Shown here: in pieces, positions 18,884-28,623 of the stretch | How positions within the stretch are numbered: the stretch's first letter is position 1 | How the letters are laid out: each line of letters starts with the position of its first letter | DNA from: a virus | Lineage: Duplodnaviria > Caudoviricetes | DNA: 64,000 bases | Reading direction: 5' to 3' (one strand) | IMG/VR virus record: IMGVR_UViG_2852055501_000007 | Span: 23,047-87,046 of that record | Position numbers and translations under genes: made by a program | Notes under the pieces: model-generated | The model's database searches: none | What the model was told of the DNA's origin: nothing | Seen by the model: only the letters and a program-made list of their open reading frames with translations

Positions 18884-19048
18884 TTACATGTGTTTGATGA
18901 TTGCGTCACCAAACTCTGAGCATTTCAGGAGCTTAGCGCCTTCCATCAGACGTTCGAAATCGTAAGTGACGGTCTTGGCAGCGATTGCCCCTTCCATTCC
19001 TTTAACGATTAAGTCAGCGGCCTCAAACCAGCCCATGTGGCGCAGCAG
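18884..19048 (-). pseudogene. icd: Duplicated 3' end of isocitrate dehydrogenase (icdC-like); att junction between the prophages
   Basis: Translates [54 protein letters not shown]; no 5' part. Confidence 0.93.
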
Positions 19049-19246
19049 TAGATACTAAGAATCAATATAACTACATAATTTTATTATTAAAACCATTAAA
19101 AACAATGCTCTTCAGGTGTTTGAATGCTTTGCCTAACCTATTGTTTTAACACTATTCCACTGATAGTTTTGGGAATGTATTTTCAATTATTAGTTCGTGA
19201 AAAAACTTATTCCATCTCAACGCGCTTCATCACCTAAATGGACACA

Positions 19247-20508
19247 TTAACTTTTCACCACCGGCAGCTGACTAAAATTTGTCGTGTATGCCGGTGACAA
19301 CATTTCGCGCTTCATCTTGTACCCGCTGTCGCTGCCTTTACCGGCGAACCACACCCGGCCCATACCGCTGTTATTGATCGTGTCGATAGTCTTCATCAGC
19401 TCGTCGCTGTTTTTGAATGGCTGCCGCGTGGCGAACATATCGAGCTGGGTGACTGCTGAATCCGTGAAATCTGATAGAATAATGCCCGCCTTATAATACC
19501 GGTACCCATCACACCAGATGTTATCCAGTGATCTCATGGCGGCATTAATGATGTCCCGCGTGTCGCAGCTGGGATACTCGAGTGAAATGTTTGTACTGTT
19601 CGCATAGTCCGGCCCGTTAGCGTGTCTGCTGGTCTGCACAAACACCCCGATCATCCGGCAACGCTGCTTTTCTTCTCGGAGTTTTTCAGCTGACCGTTCC
19701 GCATATTCACATACGGCCTTTCTCATGGTGACAATGTCTGTCACTTTGTACCGAACGACCTAGAACAGAGGATCTGCTGTTTCACCTTTCTGACTTCTTC
19801 CAGCTCGATGCAGGGTTCCCCGTTCAGTTCCCGCAGCGTGCGCTCAGTAATAACACCGAATGTTTTCCTGATAGTCGCCGGTGAAGCGTTTGCTAAATCT
19901 AATGCGGTGCAGATCCCCATAGTATTCAGTCTGGCAGATATTCGCCGGCCGATACCCCATACCTCACTGACCGGTATCAAAGCCAGTAATTTACGCTGGC
20001 GCAGAAGATCAGAAAGATCGACCACTCCACCGGTTTTTTTCCATGTTTTGCCGCGTGGTTGGCAAGTTTTGCGAGTGTCTTTGTCGGTGCAATACCAACA
20101 CCGACCGGAAGGTGTGTTTTCTGCAGAATGGCAGCCTGTATCTCACGGCCGTAATCTTCCAGGCTGAATGTCCTGGTCATGCCAGTAAAATCAGAAAGGC
20201 TTCATCGATAGAATAGATTTCTGTGGCGGGTGCGAAGGATGAGAGCAATGTCATCACACGGCTGCTCATATCGCCGTACAGCGCATAATTTGAACTGAAT
20301 ACGGTCACATTATTTTTGCGGCAAAATCGCAGCACTCATAATACAGCGCCCCCATTTTGATACCGAGGGTTTTCGCCTCTACTGACCTGGCGATCACGCA
20401 GCCATCATTATTGCTCAGGACGATGACCGGCTTACCTGTCAGGTCCGGCCGGAATACTCTTTCACAGCTTGCGTAAAAGCTGTTTACATCCACCAGCGCG
20501 AACATCAC
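19247..20508 (-). pseudogene. umuC: DNA polymerase V UmuC, four frameshifts (possibly sequencing errors)
   Basis: [45 protein letters not shown] in successive frames. Confidence 0.9.
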
Positions 20509-20921
20509 TGCGCTCGGTGAATGATGTAGGTGACCACACCGAAAATCTGTAAATCCTGCTCGCTGCTGATTGCAATAGGCTGATAATCCGGATTCATCGG
20601 GATCAGCATAGGTGCCGGTAACAGTTGTAATTTTTTGACAGTAAACTCACCATCAAAACTGGCAATTACAATATCACCTTCAACTGCAGTTACCGCGCTG
20701 TCCACGATAACCACATCACCGTCAAAGATATTCGCATCTATCATCGAACTGCCCTCAACCCTGAGCAGGTAGGTGCTTTCAGGATGCCGGATCAGCTCAC
20801 TGTTCAGGTTTATGCGGTCCTCGATATAGTCCGCCGCCGGTGACGGAAACCCGGCCGGGACATGCTCCAGGAACAGAGGCAATGTCAGAATTGCATCATC
20901 GTTAATCTTGACAAGTTTCAT
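20505..20921 (-). CDS. umuD: DNA polymerase V subunit UmuD
   Basis: [19 protein letters not shown]. Confidence 0.95.
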   Translation of the reverse strand: MKLVKINDDAILTLPLFLEHVPAGFPSPAADYIEDRINLNSELIRHPESTYLLRVEGSSMIDANIFDGDVVIVDSAVTAVEGDIVIASFDGEFTVKKLQLLPAPMLIPMNPDYQPIAISSEQDLQIFGVVTYIIHRAQ

Positions 20922-20937
20922 ACTCAAAGCCGACTAA

Positions 20938-20953
20938 CTGTACATACATACAG
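20938..20953. promoter_or_regulatory. LexA (SOS) box
   Basis: CTG-TACATACATA-CAG upstream of umuD. Confidence 0.9.
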
Positions 20954-21043
20954 TTAATGATAAAGAAGTTTGGCTGTCTCATCAATCTGATTTTTACTAA
21001 TCTTATGCGTCACATGCATTACTCATTGAAATCAAATCCGACA

Positions 21044-21067
21044 GTCCGCTATGAGCGAGGAGCGGAC
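21044..21067 (+). repeat. 24-bp palindromic cargo-border repeat (best copy)
   Basis: GTCCGCT-ATGAGCGAGG-AGCGGAC, perfect 7-bp arms. Confidence 0.75.
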
Positions 21068-21423
21068 ATTCACGGTCGCTGCCACTTGTATTACCCAGCC
21101 CCCACCTGATGTTCTCGCTGCTGATAGAGGATTACGAACAATTCTAAGCACCAATAAATGGGGCTGACTAAGCTGTTTGACCGTGAATTACTTCCGATCC
21201 TCTTCAAGTACGATAGATTTTAGTAGAAACGGATTTGATGAATAATACCGCAGTGAGTACTGCGAGATTATGAGGCTGCTAGTTCTGCCCGTCATTTAAA
21301 ACAGGAGGGAGGAAAGGAGACTCATGGGATGTATATTCAAACAAGCTGCTCCTTGCGTCATTCCAAGCCTGAATGATTTCCTCCGAACCATGCATCTTCC
21401 TTAATGTGTTTATAATGTAGTCA

Positions 21424-21487
21424 TATACCCTTATTCATTCAAACCGCAGTTTGAGCTCAGCCTGCAGTTTGAATTACGTTGGGTATA
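21424..21487. repeat. Short ERIC-like inverted-repeat element
   Basis: TATACCC...TTCAAAC.GCAG / CTGCAGTTTGAA...GGGTATA termini. Confidence 0.65.
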
Positions 21488-21657
21488 TATACCGGATTAA
21501 AATATCAATTAAGTAAGGTAACTATTGTATTTTGAATAAATAACTTTTTTAAGATTTTTAGTATTGGAAGACATATTGAAAATAACGCAACATGCAGAAA
21601 TTGAAAGGGAAACGCTAAGTTTTATCAGTGCCGATTAAATAATCGGCATCAGGGAAA

Positions 21658-22623
21658 TTAACGCCAGCGTTCTGTCGCCCAGGCGACCTGCTGTTGTGCA
21701 TCGTGGAAAGTCCAGGCCACGAAGCGACTGATTTTTTGCCCCTGCGCCATTTCAATGGTACGGACTTCGGCCGCACCCACCAGCTTCAACGCGTGATAAA
21801 TCGAAGGTAAGGTCGTATTTTTAGAAATCAACGAGGTGAACCACAGGCAGTTTTGCGCCAGGCTAACGCTCTCCTCTACCATTTTACGCACAAAGGCTTC
21901 TTCACCGCCTTCACACCATAGCTCTTTATTTTTGCCGCCAAAGTTCTGTACCGGCGTGTCGGCTACCTCGCCTTTACCCAGCTTGTGCAGTTTGCGACGG
22001 GTGCTGGCTTGCGCTTCCTGTTCAGAGCTGTGGAACGGTGGATTACACAGTGTGGCATCAAATTTCTCTGCCACGCCGATGATGCCGTTCAAAATACATT
22101 CGGGGTGTTTTTGTAAACGCAGGCGCACGCCGTTTCTCAGTGTCGTATTCATCTCCACGATCATTTTGGCCGAATTGAGCGATATCGGATTAATCTCCGA
22201 ACCGGTAAAACGCCAGCCATATTCACGCAGGCCAATAATCGGATAAATACAGTTGGCACCAACACCCACATCAAGGATCGCCACGCCTTTACCGCGAGGG
22301 AACTCACCGCCGTTGCTGGTCGCCAGCAGGTCGGCCAGATGGTGTAAATAGTCGGCACGCCCGGGGATCGGCGGGCACAGATAATCGGCGGGAATGTCCC
22401 AGTGTTCAATGCCATAAAAATGTTGCAGTAATGCACAGTTGAGCATTTTAACCGCCGCAGGATCGGCAAAATCTATCGAGATGTCGCCCCAAGCGTTCGG
22501 CTTGATGAACGGCTCCAGTGCAGGGCAACTAGCGATCAGCGCCGGGAAATCATAGCGTGAACGATGACGGTTACGCGGGTGCAAGCCACTTTTCTGCTGC
22601 AGGAAGGTTTTCTTTTTTTCCAC
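21658..22623 (-). CDS. rlmF: 23S rRNA m6A1618 methyltransferase
   Basis: LHPRNRH, LCPPIPGRADY, LDVGVGANCIYP, CNPPF, ELWCEGGE, MAQGQKISR; GTG start 22623. Confidence 0.95.
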   Translation of the reverse strand: MEKKKTFLQQKSGLHPRNRHRSRYDFPALIASCPALEPFIKPNAWGDISIDFADPAAVKMLNCALLQHFYGIEHWDIPADYLCPPIPGRADYLHHLADLLATSNGGEFPRGKGVAILDVGVGANCIYPIIGLREYGWRFTGSEINPISLNSAKMIVEMNTTLRNGVRLRLQKHPECILNGIIGVAEKFDATLCNPPFHSSEQEAQASTRRKLHKLGKGEVADTPVQNFGGKNKELWCEGGEEAFVRKMVEESVSLAQNCLWFTSLISKNTTLPSIYHALKLVGAAEVRTIEMAQGQKISRFVAWTFHDAQQQVAWATERWR

Positions 22624-22667
22624 CGAGAAAGGTTCTCTTAAAGGTATTTCTGACGCGTACGATACCA

Positions 22668-22880
22668 TATACCCTATAGCTTTCAAGTTGCAGCTAACAG
22701 CTCGGGATGAAACCGTATTAAGCCTGCATTCAGAGCTTATGCCGGAATGTCCTGCTCTTTATACATAACGCAATTCAAGATGCAGGAAGGCGGCAAGGGA
22801 AGATAAACAGGGAACATACATCAGTATGTGACCCGGCTGGCTGAGTGAGGCCAACGAACCTGCCCACATGTAAAATTCAA
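22668..22880. repeat. ERIC-like sequences (one end fragment and one longer degenerate copy)
   Basis: TATACCCTATAGCTTTCAAGTTGCAG at 22668; TATAC...TTCAAGATGCAGGAAGGCGGCAAG...CATAC.TCAGTATGTGAC...GCCAAC at 22760-22870. Confidence 0.65.
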
Positions 22881-22882
22881 AT

Positions 22883-22906
22883 GGCTGTTTTGAGCGAGGA
22901 GCGAAC
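22883..22906 (+). repeat. 24-bp palindromic cargo-border repeat
   Basis: GGCTGTTTTGAGCGAGGAGCGAAC, same orientation as 21044 copy. Confidence 0.65.
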
Positions 22907-23223
22907 CTCTCCCTCTGTTTCGAGGTTCGCGGTCTATGAATCAACGGGGAACAGGTCAGCACGTTTATTGACGCCAGAATAATCCGGACAGTGAAACTGT
23001 ACTCCAAGAGGTGAAAATGGAATCAATAAGAACTTGTGCAGCGTATAATATAAGCCTGATGATGAATTTAATGACGAATACAGTGGAAATGACAAGAGCA
23101 GAGTAACACTGCGGGCCAACAATTAAACATAAGTACCGTTAGTTACCGGGGATAACTAACGGCGGTGTAGTCATAGCATTAAGCAATATATTGCAAAAAA
23201 CATTAGGATTCTACTATTGTTCT

Positions 23224-24771
23224 TTAAGCTTTAATGCGATTTATTTCATTTTCAACAGTTGTTTCAATTTTTTCAATTAGCTGTTTAAATATTTCAATAT
23301 TTTTATCTTGAGTGGCTTTTGATGCAAAAACGCGAATAAAGAATTTAACATAGTGATATGGTTGAAGTGCTTCATTACATTCACGTAATTCCTTTATTTC
23401 ATGCCGGCCATCAATTTCTTTTTTAATTATTTTAGCTTGGCTAACATCAATGTCCTTGAAGTTGTCTTCAATCTGAAAATCAAGCACCCATCCATTTCCT
23501 GCTAAATTCTCTTTAAGAATGTTATTAATCTTCTCAGAAATTTCACTTTTGTATCTTTTGAATGTATTATCTGAAAGTTTAACATTAGAAAATGTGTGTT
23601 TTTTTTCATATATTTTTTTCCACACTTTTCTATTAACAATATCATTAAGTATTTCTTTAGAATCTCCATTTAACTTATTTTCAAGCGTGTGCTCTAAAAA
23701 TTTTTTGTCTGGATTATTTATATAGAAATCTCTCATTAAATCAATGACATTACCCTCAGAATCTAAAGGGATAACATTAACAGAGCCTTGTCCAGAACAT
23801 GCTTTATTAAGCATAGCAGATAGCGCGCGATTGGTTTTATGGAAATAGACTTGACTATAAAGACCACTTCTTGCATTAGCAAATTCTAGTATTGAATCCA
23901 TACCACTTTCTTTATATGCCAAGTAAATGCTATTTTCTACTTTGACAGGGATAAATGACATTAGCAATCGCCCATAATCATATATCCCATACTTAACGCC
24001 CGAGAAGTAGCTATCTCTCAGTAAGTAGTCCATTCTATCTGCATCTATAGGTGAAGATGATATGATTGAGCCCAATAAAGGATATATATCTGGACCTTCC
24101 ATTTCATTTTTAAATTCATATTTTTTTTCAACAATTTTTATAATGCTATCTGCGTTAATCATTTCTATATTTTCTTTATAAGTATCGTCACCATCTAATT
24201 CTATTTCAGCTTTACTCTTCAACTCATCAATTATTTCTTTAATAAAAATGCATGATACTTGTTCGTGGCTTAATCGTCCTTCTTTACTATCAGATAATGA
24301 TATGATTTTATCGTATTTCTGAGTGCCTTCAGCCTTGCATTTTTCTTCGAATTTTTTTATTTCTACGGCAAAACTATCGAATTGATGGGCTAGAGGACCA
24401 TGCCCAACATCGTGTAACAATGCTGCAATACGTAGTTCCTGAATAAGACTTGTTGGTATTTTTTTAATATCCAGGTAGAGGTCAACATCCACATCTTTAC
24501 GATTATAAATCAACGCATTCAAATCTATATTTTTCAATATTTCATACGATAAATGCATCACACCAACTGAGTGCTCAAAACGAGAGTGCATTGCAGAAGG
24601 AAATACTTTATATAGAAACGTATTCTGCCTAATATCTCTTAGCCTTTGGAATAAAGGATGGTCAATTATCTTTTTTTCAAGCTTAGTTATCCGAATGACT
24701 CCATGTATGGGATCTAGAAATTTCCCCAAAAGCAAGTCTTCAAAGTTCTTAGGTTTGTTTTTATTTGTCAC
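23224..24771 (-). CDS. HD-domain phosphohydrolase (SAMHD1/YdhJ-like dNTPase)
   Basis: DPIHG, FQRLR.IRQ, HSRFEHS.G, LLHDVGHGP..H, DADRMDYLLRD, VYFHK. Confidence 0.9.
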   Translation of the reverse strand: MTNKNKPKNFEDLLLGKFLDPIHGVIRITKLEKKIIDHPLFQRLRDIRQNTFLYKVFPSAMHSRFEHSVGVMHLSYEILKNIDLNALIYNRKDVDVDLYLDIKKIPTSLIQELRIAALLHDVGHGPLAHQFDSFAVEIKKFEEKCKAEGTQKYDKIISLSDSKEGRLSHEQVSCIFIKEIIDELKSKAEIELDGDDTYKENIEMINADSIIKIVEKKYEFKNEMEGPDIYPLLGSIISSSPIDADRMDYLLRDSYFSGVKYGIYDYGRLLMSFIPVKVENSIYLAYKESGMDSILEFANARSGLYSQVYFHKTNRALSAMLNKACSGQGSVNVIPLDSEGNVIDLMRDFYINNPDKKFLEHTLENKLNGDSKEILNDIVNRKVWKKIYEKKHTFSNVKLSDNTFKRYKSEISEKINNILKENLAGNGWVLDFQIEDNFKDIDVSQAKIIKKEIDGRHEIKELRECNEALQPYHYVKFFIRVFASKATQDKNIEIFKQLIEKIETTVENEINRIKA

Positions 24772-25349
24772 GATGCTTTCCTTTTTGTATAGTTATAACG
24801 CTTAATTTAAATAGTATTAATGATTATAGTTTCGATATGTTATTTAATAATCAACGTATTATGAAAGAGCATATCAACATGGATTTGTAAATTCAATTGA
24901 CATGTGTAATTGAGTTATAATCCGGATTGATGTGATAAAGCACCACTGATAAATGCTTGAGGTTAAACCTCGGCCAAGATCCGTGATGTTCAAACCAGTA
25001 TGCAATCATGGTTGTACAATAGTGTTTGCTGATAGCGCAATGTGTAAGAGTGGTGGTTAAAAAAATCGCTTGATATTGAAGATGAAGCAAGGTTTTTCGA
25101 TTATGGCGACATAAGTCAATCAAAGACTGGTCGATATTTTCGAACGTAGACCATTGGTATTCACACTTGAATCAGCATTTAAATGGATGGTTTCGGAAAC
25201 TAACAGAGCACAAACCAGCAAATTAACCCATTCCATCGCGATACCGGCAGACAGCTAACACATAGTATGCATTCTAAATTGATATGATCTCAAACAGTAT
25301 TCTGTGTTCCTGACCAACTCCCCGTCTAACATAACATGATGCAAGCAAT

Positions 25350-25387
25350 GTCCGTTCTTGGCACGGAGCAGACTGCTATGAGCGACC
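25350..25387. repeat. Palindromic cargo-border repeats (inverted copy plus partial copy)
   Basis: GTCCGTTCTTGGCACGGAGCAGAC followed by TGCTATGAGCGA. Confidence 0.6.
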
Positions 25388-25432
25388 AAGAATGAAAAGC
25401 TGCTATGAATAGAAATCCACCCCATTCAGATA

Positions 25433-26205
25433 TCAAAAGCCGGGAGAATATCTCACAGGAGACATAGCTCCTTTCTTTCTCAGATCATCCGGAATTTTTT
25501 TACCCAAGTAAAGCTGCAACATATCAGGGGGGCTACTCTTCCTCGGAACCCGAAGCGAGATTTTTGGGTAGATTCAAACTCATCATCAGCATCCCATGAA
25601 AGCATCTCAGGAAAGTTCTCACGAGTAGATTTAAGCCACTCATCAGCCACATACACCCCTTTCACAATTCCTCTAACTGTAGCCAGTATAACTTCAGCCT
25701 TGCGGGCACGCTCAACACTGACACGCCAGCTAAAACGCACAGCATCATAGAGGTCTATATCCCTTGAACTTCTGTTCACGGATATCATGAGGACTTTATG
25801 TTTGAACACGATTGTTTCAGGTTGATATGTTGCAATTAACTCTTTGATGTGTGCAGCACCATATTCGTTGCTGCCAGCACCGTTCACGATGTTAGTTAAA
25901 CCGGGGTAGGCATCTATGAGTGCAGCTTCAACTTCGTAAGCAGTCTTTTCATCAGCCATACCGTGTCGGTGGATTACATGGATGACCTCAAGACCAGCCA
26001 GTCTGATCTCTCGAAGTTGCTTGAGTTTGTTACTAAGTAATTCATCATCATCAGCCGCGGCGACCTCACCACGCATATGAGCAAATACACGATTCTCTTT
26101 CCCCTTCCCCACATAGAAGGTACTTCCATCCCTTGGGTCAATTAGTCGGTATACATACCAGCCAAGATGTTCCATTACTCCCGGTGGAAACCCCTTAATA
26201 TCCAT
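25433..26205 (-). CDS. LEM-3-like GIY-YIG domain protein (C-terminus frameshifted in homopolymers)
   Basis: [17 protein letters not shown]...RVF.H, EAALID, LTN; likely true end ...[14 protein letters not shown] at 25433. Confidence 0.8.
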
Positions 26206-26452
26206 GTCATAACTCCAATCATTTAATTCATGAGGCACAGGCAAAACATAGTAATGCTGATTAACAACTAATAGTACTCATTAATCTCCCCTATGATTGA
26301 TAGGACGAAGAAAAAGTAAAGTCTGCATCTCATGGTACAGGGCTATCTGTCAAATTAGATTTGGACTTATGCCCCAGCTATATCCGGTTAAGTTTTGGCT
26401 GATACATATAAGGATTGCCGCGTCGAACATCCACCAGCGCGGCTTTCTTTAT

Positions 26453-27007
26453 TTACGTCGTGGCCGGAAAATACCGGTAAATCGTCGATACCCCCACACC
26501 ATAAATAATTGCCAGCTGCTGCCGGGAATATCCTTTATCCAACAGGCGACTGATTTGCTCCCGGTCATTCTGTGTCAGCGCCGCCGGTCGTCCGCCGACT
26601 CTGCCCTGTGCTCTCGCTGCAGCCAATCCTGCCAGCGTCCGTTCCACTATCAGCTCGCGTTCCATTTCAGCCAGTGCTGACATGACGTGAAAGAAAAAGC
26701 GCCCCATAGCGGTGCTGGTGTCGATACTGTCCGTCAGTGACCGGAAATGTGCGCCACGTTCGTGCAGATCAGATATCAGCGCTATCAGGTTTTTGACACT
26801 GCGCCCGAGCCTGTCCAGTTTCCACACTGCGAGTGTATCGCCCGGCTGAATAACCTTTAATGCCCGTTTCAGTCCCGGCCTGACGGCGGTTTTACCGCTC
26901 ATTTTGTCCTCAAAAATCTGATCACAATTTATGCTGATGAGCGCGTTTCGCTGTAAATCGCTGTTTTGGTCAGTTGTTGATACACGGATATAGCCGATGA
27001 CCGCCAT
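26453..27007 (-). CDS. Serine DNA invertase (Pin/Gin/Hin family)
   Basis: GYIRVST, RPGL, WKLDRLGRS, ERTLAGL.AAR, C-terminal HTH. Confidence 0.95.
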   Translation of the reverse strand: MAVIGYIRVSTTDQNSDLQRNALISINCDQIFEDKMSGKTAVRPGLKRALKVIQPGDTLAVWKLDRLGRSVKNLIALISDLHERGAHFRSLTDSIDTSTAMGRFFFHVMSALAEMERELIVERTLAGLAAARAQGRVGGRPAALTQNDREQISRLLDKGYSRQQLAIIYGVGVSTIYRYFPATT

Positions 27008-27069
27008 TGTTTTCCCTCATGTTTACTGTAATGACGGGATTATTACGGATTTATCCGGTTATGGCTGCA

Positions 27070-27095
27070 TTCCCAGAAACCTTGGTTTGAGAGAA
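27070..27095 (+). other. Invertase crossover site (hix/gix-like), left
   Basis: TTCCCAGAAACCTTGGTTTGAGAGAA; inverted match to 29295-29320. Confidence 0.88.
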
Positions 27096-27671
27096 CTTTA
27101 CCTTGCACTGACTGGCGGGACGCTGAAAGGGCCGTTAAATATCGAATATGTTGGAGGTCGGGGATTAACTACAGGAGCAACAGCCGGAACATCAATTTAT
27201 CATGAACTGTATCTGCTTGGAAAACTGGTTGCCTGGTGGGGAATTATAAACAGTAACGAATTAGTGCTTGAAAACAGAGTCGCTGGTAAAAAATTAATTA
27301 TTGGCCCCGATGGTTTCAAAGTTGACGGTAAAGACATTGCGACTACTGAGCAACTTTTCGGTGTTGGTCAGACCTACAGAAACCTGACGACCAGCCGTCA
27401 AAATAAAGTCTGGTACACCAACACCGACAGCAAGCCCCGGATTGTTCATGTCGAAACGAACAGAACAGGTACTCAGTATCCTTTCAGTATTGATATTCAG
27501 GTAATTCATAACGGAGTACAACATCGTGCTGATTATCGCTGGACAACTGCTGATGAGGTTATTTGTTTAACTGCTGTGATTCCGCCCGGCGCAAGATATA
27601 GCGTCAACGGAGGATGGGGACAGCCGACAGAATGGACTGTTATTAATTTCTGGCTGGAGTACTCGCTATGA
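27082..27671 (+). CDS. Silent alternative tail-fibre C-terminal cassette
   Basis: Open frame reads NLGL across the crossover site, as does the expressed fibre (KNLGLGE); WYTNT..KP, IPPGARYSV tip motifs. Confidence 0.8.
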
Positions 27672-28021
27672 AATATTACAAAACGAAAAATAATGAAGTT
27701 TATGCACTTGAAGATAACGACTCTGCAAAAGAGTGGATAAAAGAAAAAGTGACTGAAATCACCAAAGAGGAAGCTGATAACATCACAAATCCGCGACCAA
27801 CGAAAGAACAACTGATCGCAAAAGCTGAATACGATAAGCAGGCGCTGATTACAGAGGTTCAGGCTGAAACTCAGTTACTGCAAACAAAACTGGCACTTGG
27901 CCGTATCAGTGATAATGAAAAGGCGCGGTTAAACGCCTGGCTGGATTATCTGGACGAACTGGAGGCAGTGGACGTATCCACCGCCCCTGATATTATCTGG
28001 CCGGTGAAGCCGGAGGTATAG
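27668..28021 (+). CDS. Tail fibre assembly protein (alternative)
   Basis: L.AWLDY...L.AVD.STAPDI.WP.KP. Confidence 0.88.
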   Translation: MKYYKTKNNEVYALEDNDSAKEWIKEKVTEITKEEADNITNPRPTKEQLIAKAEYDKQALITEVQAETQLLQTKLALGRISDNEKARLNAWLDYLDELEAVDVSTAPDIIWPVKPEV

Positions 28022-28622
28022 GCCATTCAGTACCGGCACCGGCGAATGTGTCGGTATCAGTGACTTTCACACTGTAAATTTCCCATTCTGTCAGTTTTGC
28101 CCGGTCTGTTTCAGTCGCCATGTTGAGGCGTATTTTACGCTCCAGCATGGCAATTTCCTGTTCAGCTTCTGCCAACAGCGACTGTTTCTGACTTTCGGCA
28201 ACAGCGACCTCATGCGCGTGCTGTTCTGCTTTATCTGTTACCCACTTTTTCCCGTCCCACTTATCAAAAGGCGTTTGCGGCTCAAGCAATGCCAGATTAT
28301 CCGGCAGCGCACCGACGTTGTTTATCAGGACTTTTTCTTTTGTGGTTTTGTCATAAGCGGTTTTACCGCGATGGTCTTCCACATGCAGCCAGCGTTTACC
28401 GTCCTCACTGCGGACAATGGCAAATCCCGGCGCGGGTAATTCCGGTTTATCCGGATAGGCATCAGCTTTCAGACTGAACCCTAACGGTACCTCATCCATG
28501 CTTTTGCCGGTATATTCCCGTGTCAGCGGGTGGCAGCAATACACTTCAGCCCATCCCGGCACGATAGCCAGCCCGTTTTCGTCAAATACCGCGTACTGAA
28601 TTTCAGTGTTGTAATCTGCCAT
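27993..28622 (-). CDS. Tail fibre assembly protein (lambda Tfa-like)
   Basis: EDHRGKTAY, P.TPFDKWDG.KWVTD, WP.PP. Confidence 0.9.
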   Translation of the reverse strand: MADYNTEIQYAVFDENGLAIVPGWAEVYCCHPLTREYTGKSMDEVPLGFSLKADAYPDKPELPAPGFAIVRSEDGKRWLHVEDHRGKTAYDKTTKEKVLINNVGALPDNLALLEPQTPFDKWDGKKWVTDKAEQHAHEVAVAESQKQSLLAEAEQEIAMLERKIRLNMATETDRAKLTEWEIYSVKVTDTDTFAGAGTEWPIPPASPAR

Positions 28623-28623
28623 T

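Larger units (their letters stand above)
1..19048. mobile_element. Prophage A (partial; lambdoid, HK97/P27-type packaging), integrated at icd
   Basis: Ordered terS, HNH, lysis, Q, replication, cro/cI, xis, int modules ending at a duplicated icd 3' end; continues off the left edge. Confidence 0.9.

Noticed and set aside
21180-21420. GGA-rich stretch as CsrB-like sRNA or retron msr-msd
   Set aside because: Too few GGA hairpins, no reverse transcriptase nearby, no convincing flanking inverted repeats
24890-25320. Possible gene or ncRNA upstream of the HD gene
   Set aside because: Only short broken frames without recognisable motifs; may be a remnant but cannot be supported
26997-27081. N-terminus of the 224-aa plus-strand ORF as a real gene start
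   Set aside because: It overlaps the invertase start and promoter; the tail-fibre-like part begins at the crossover site
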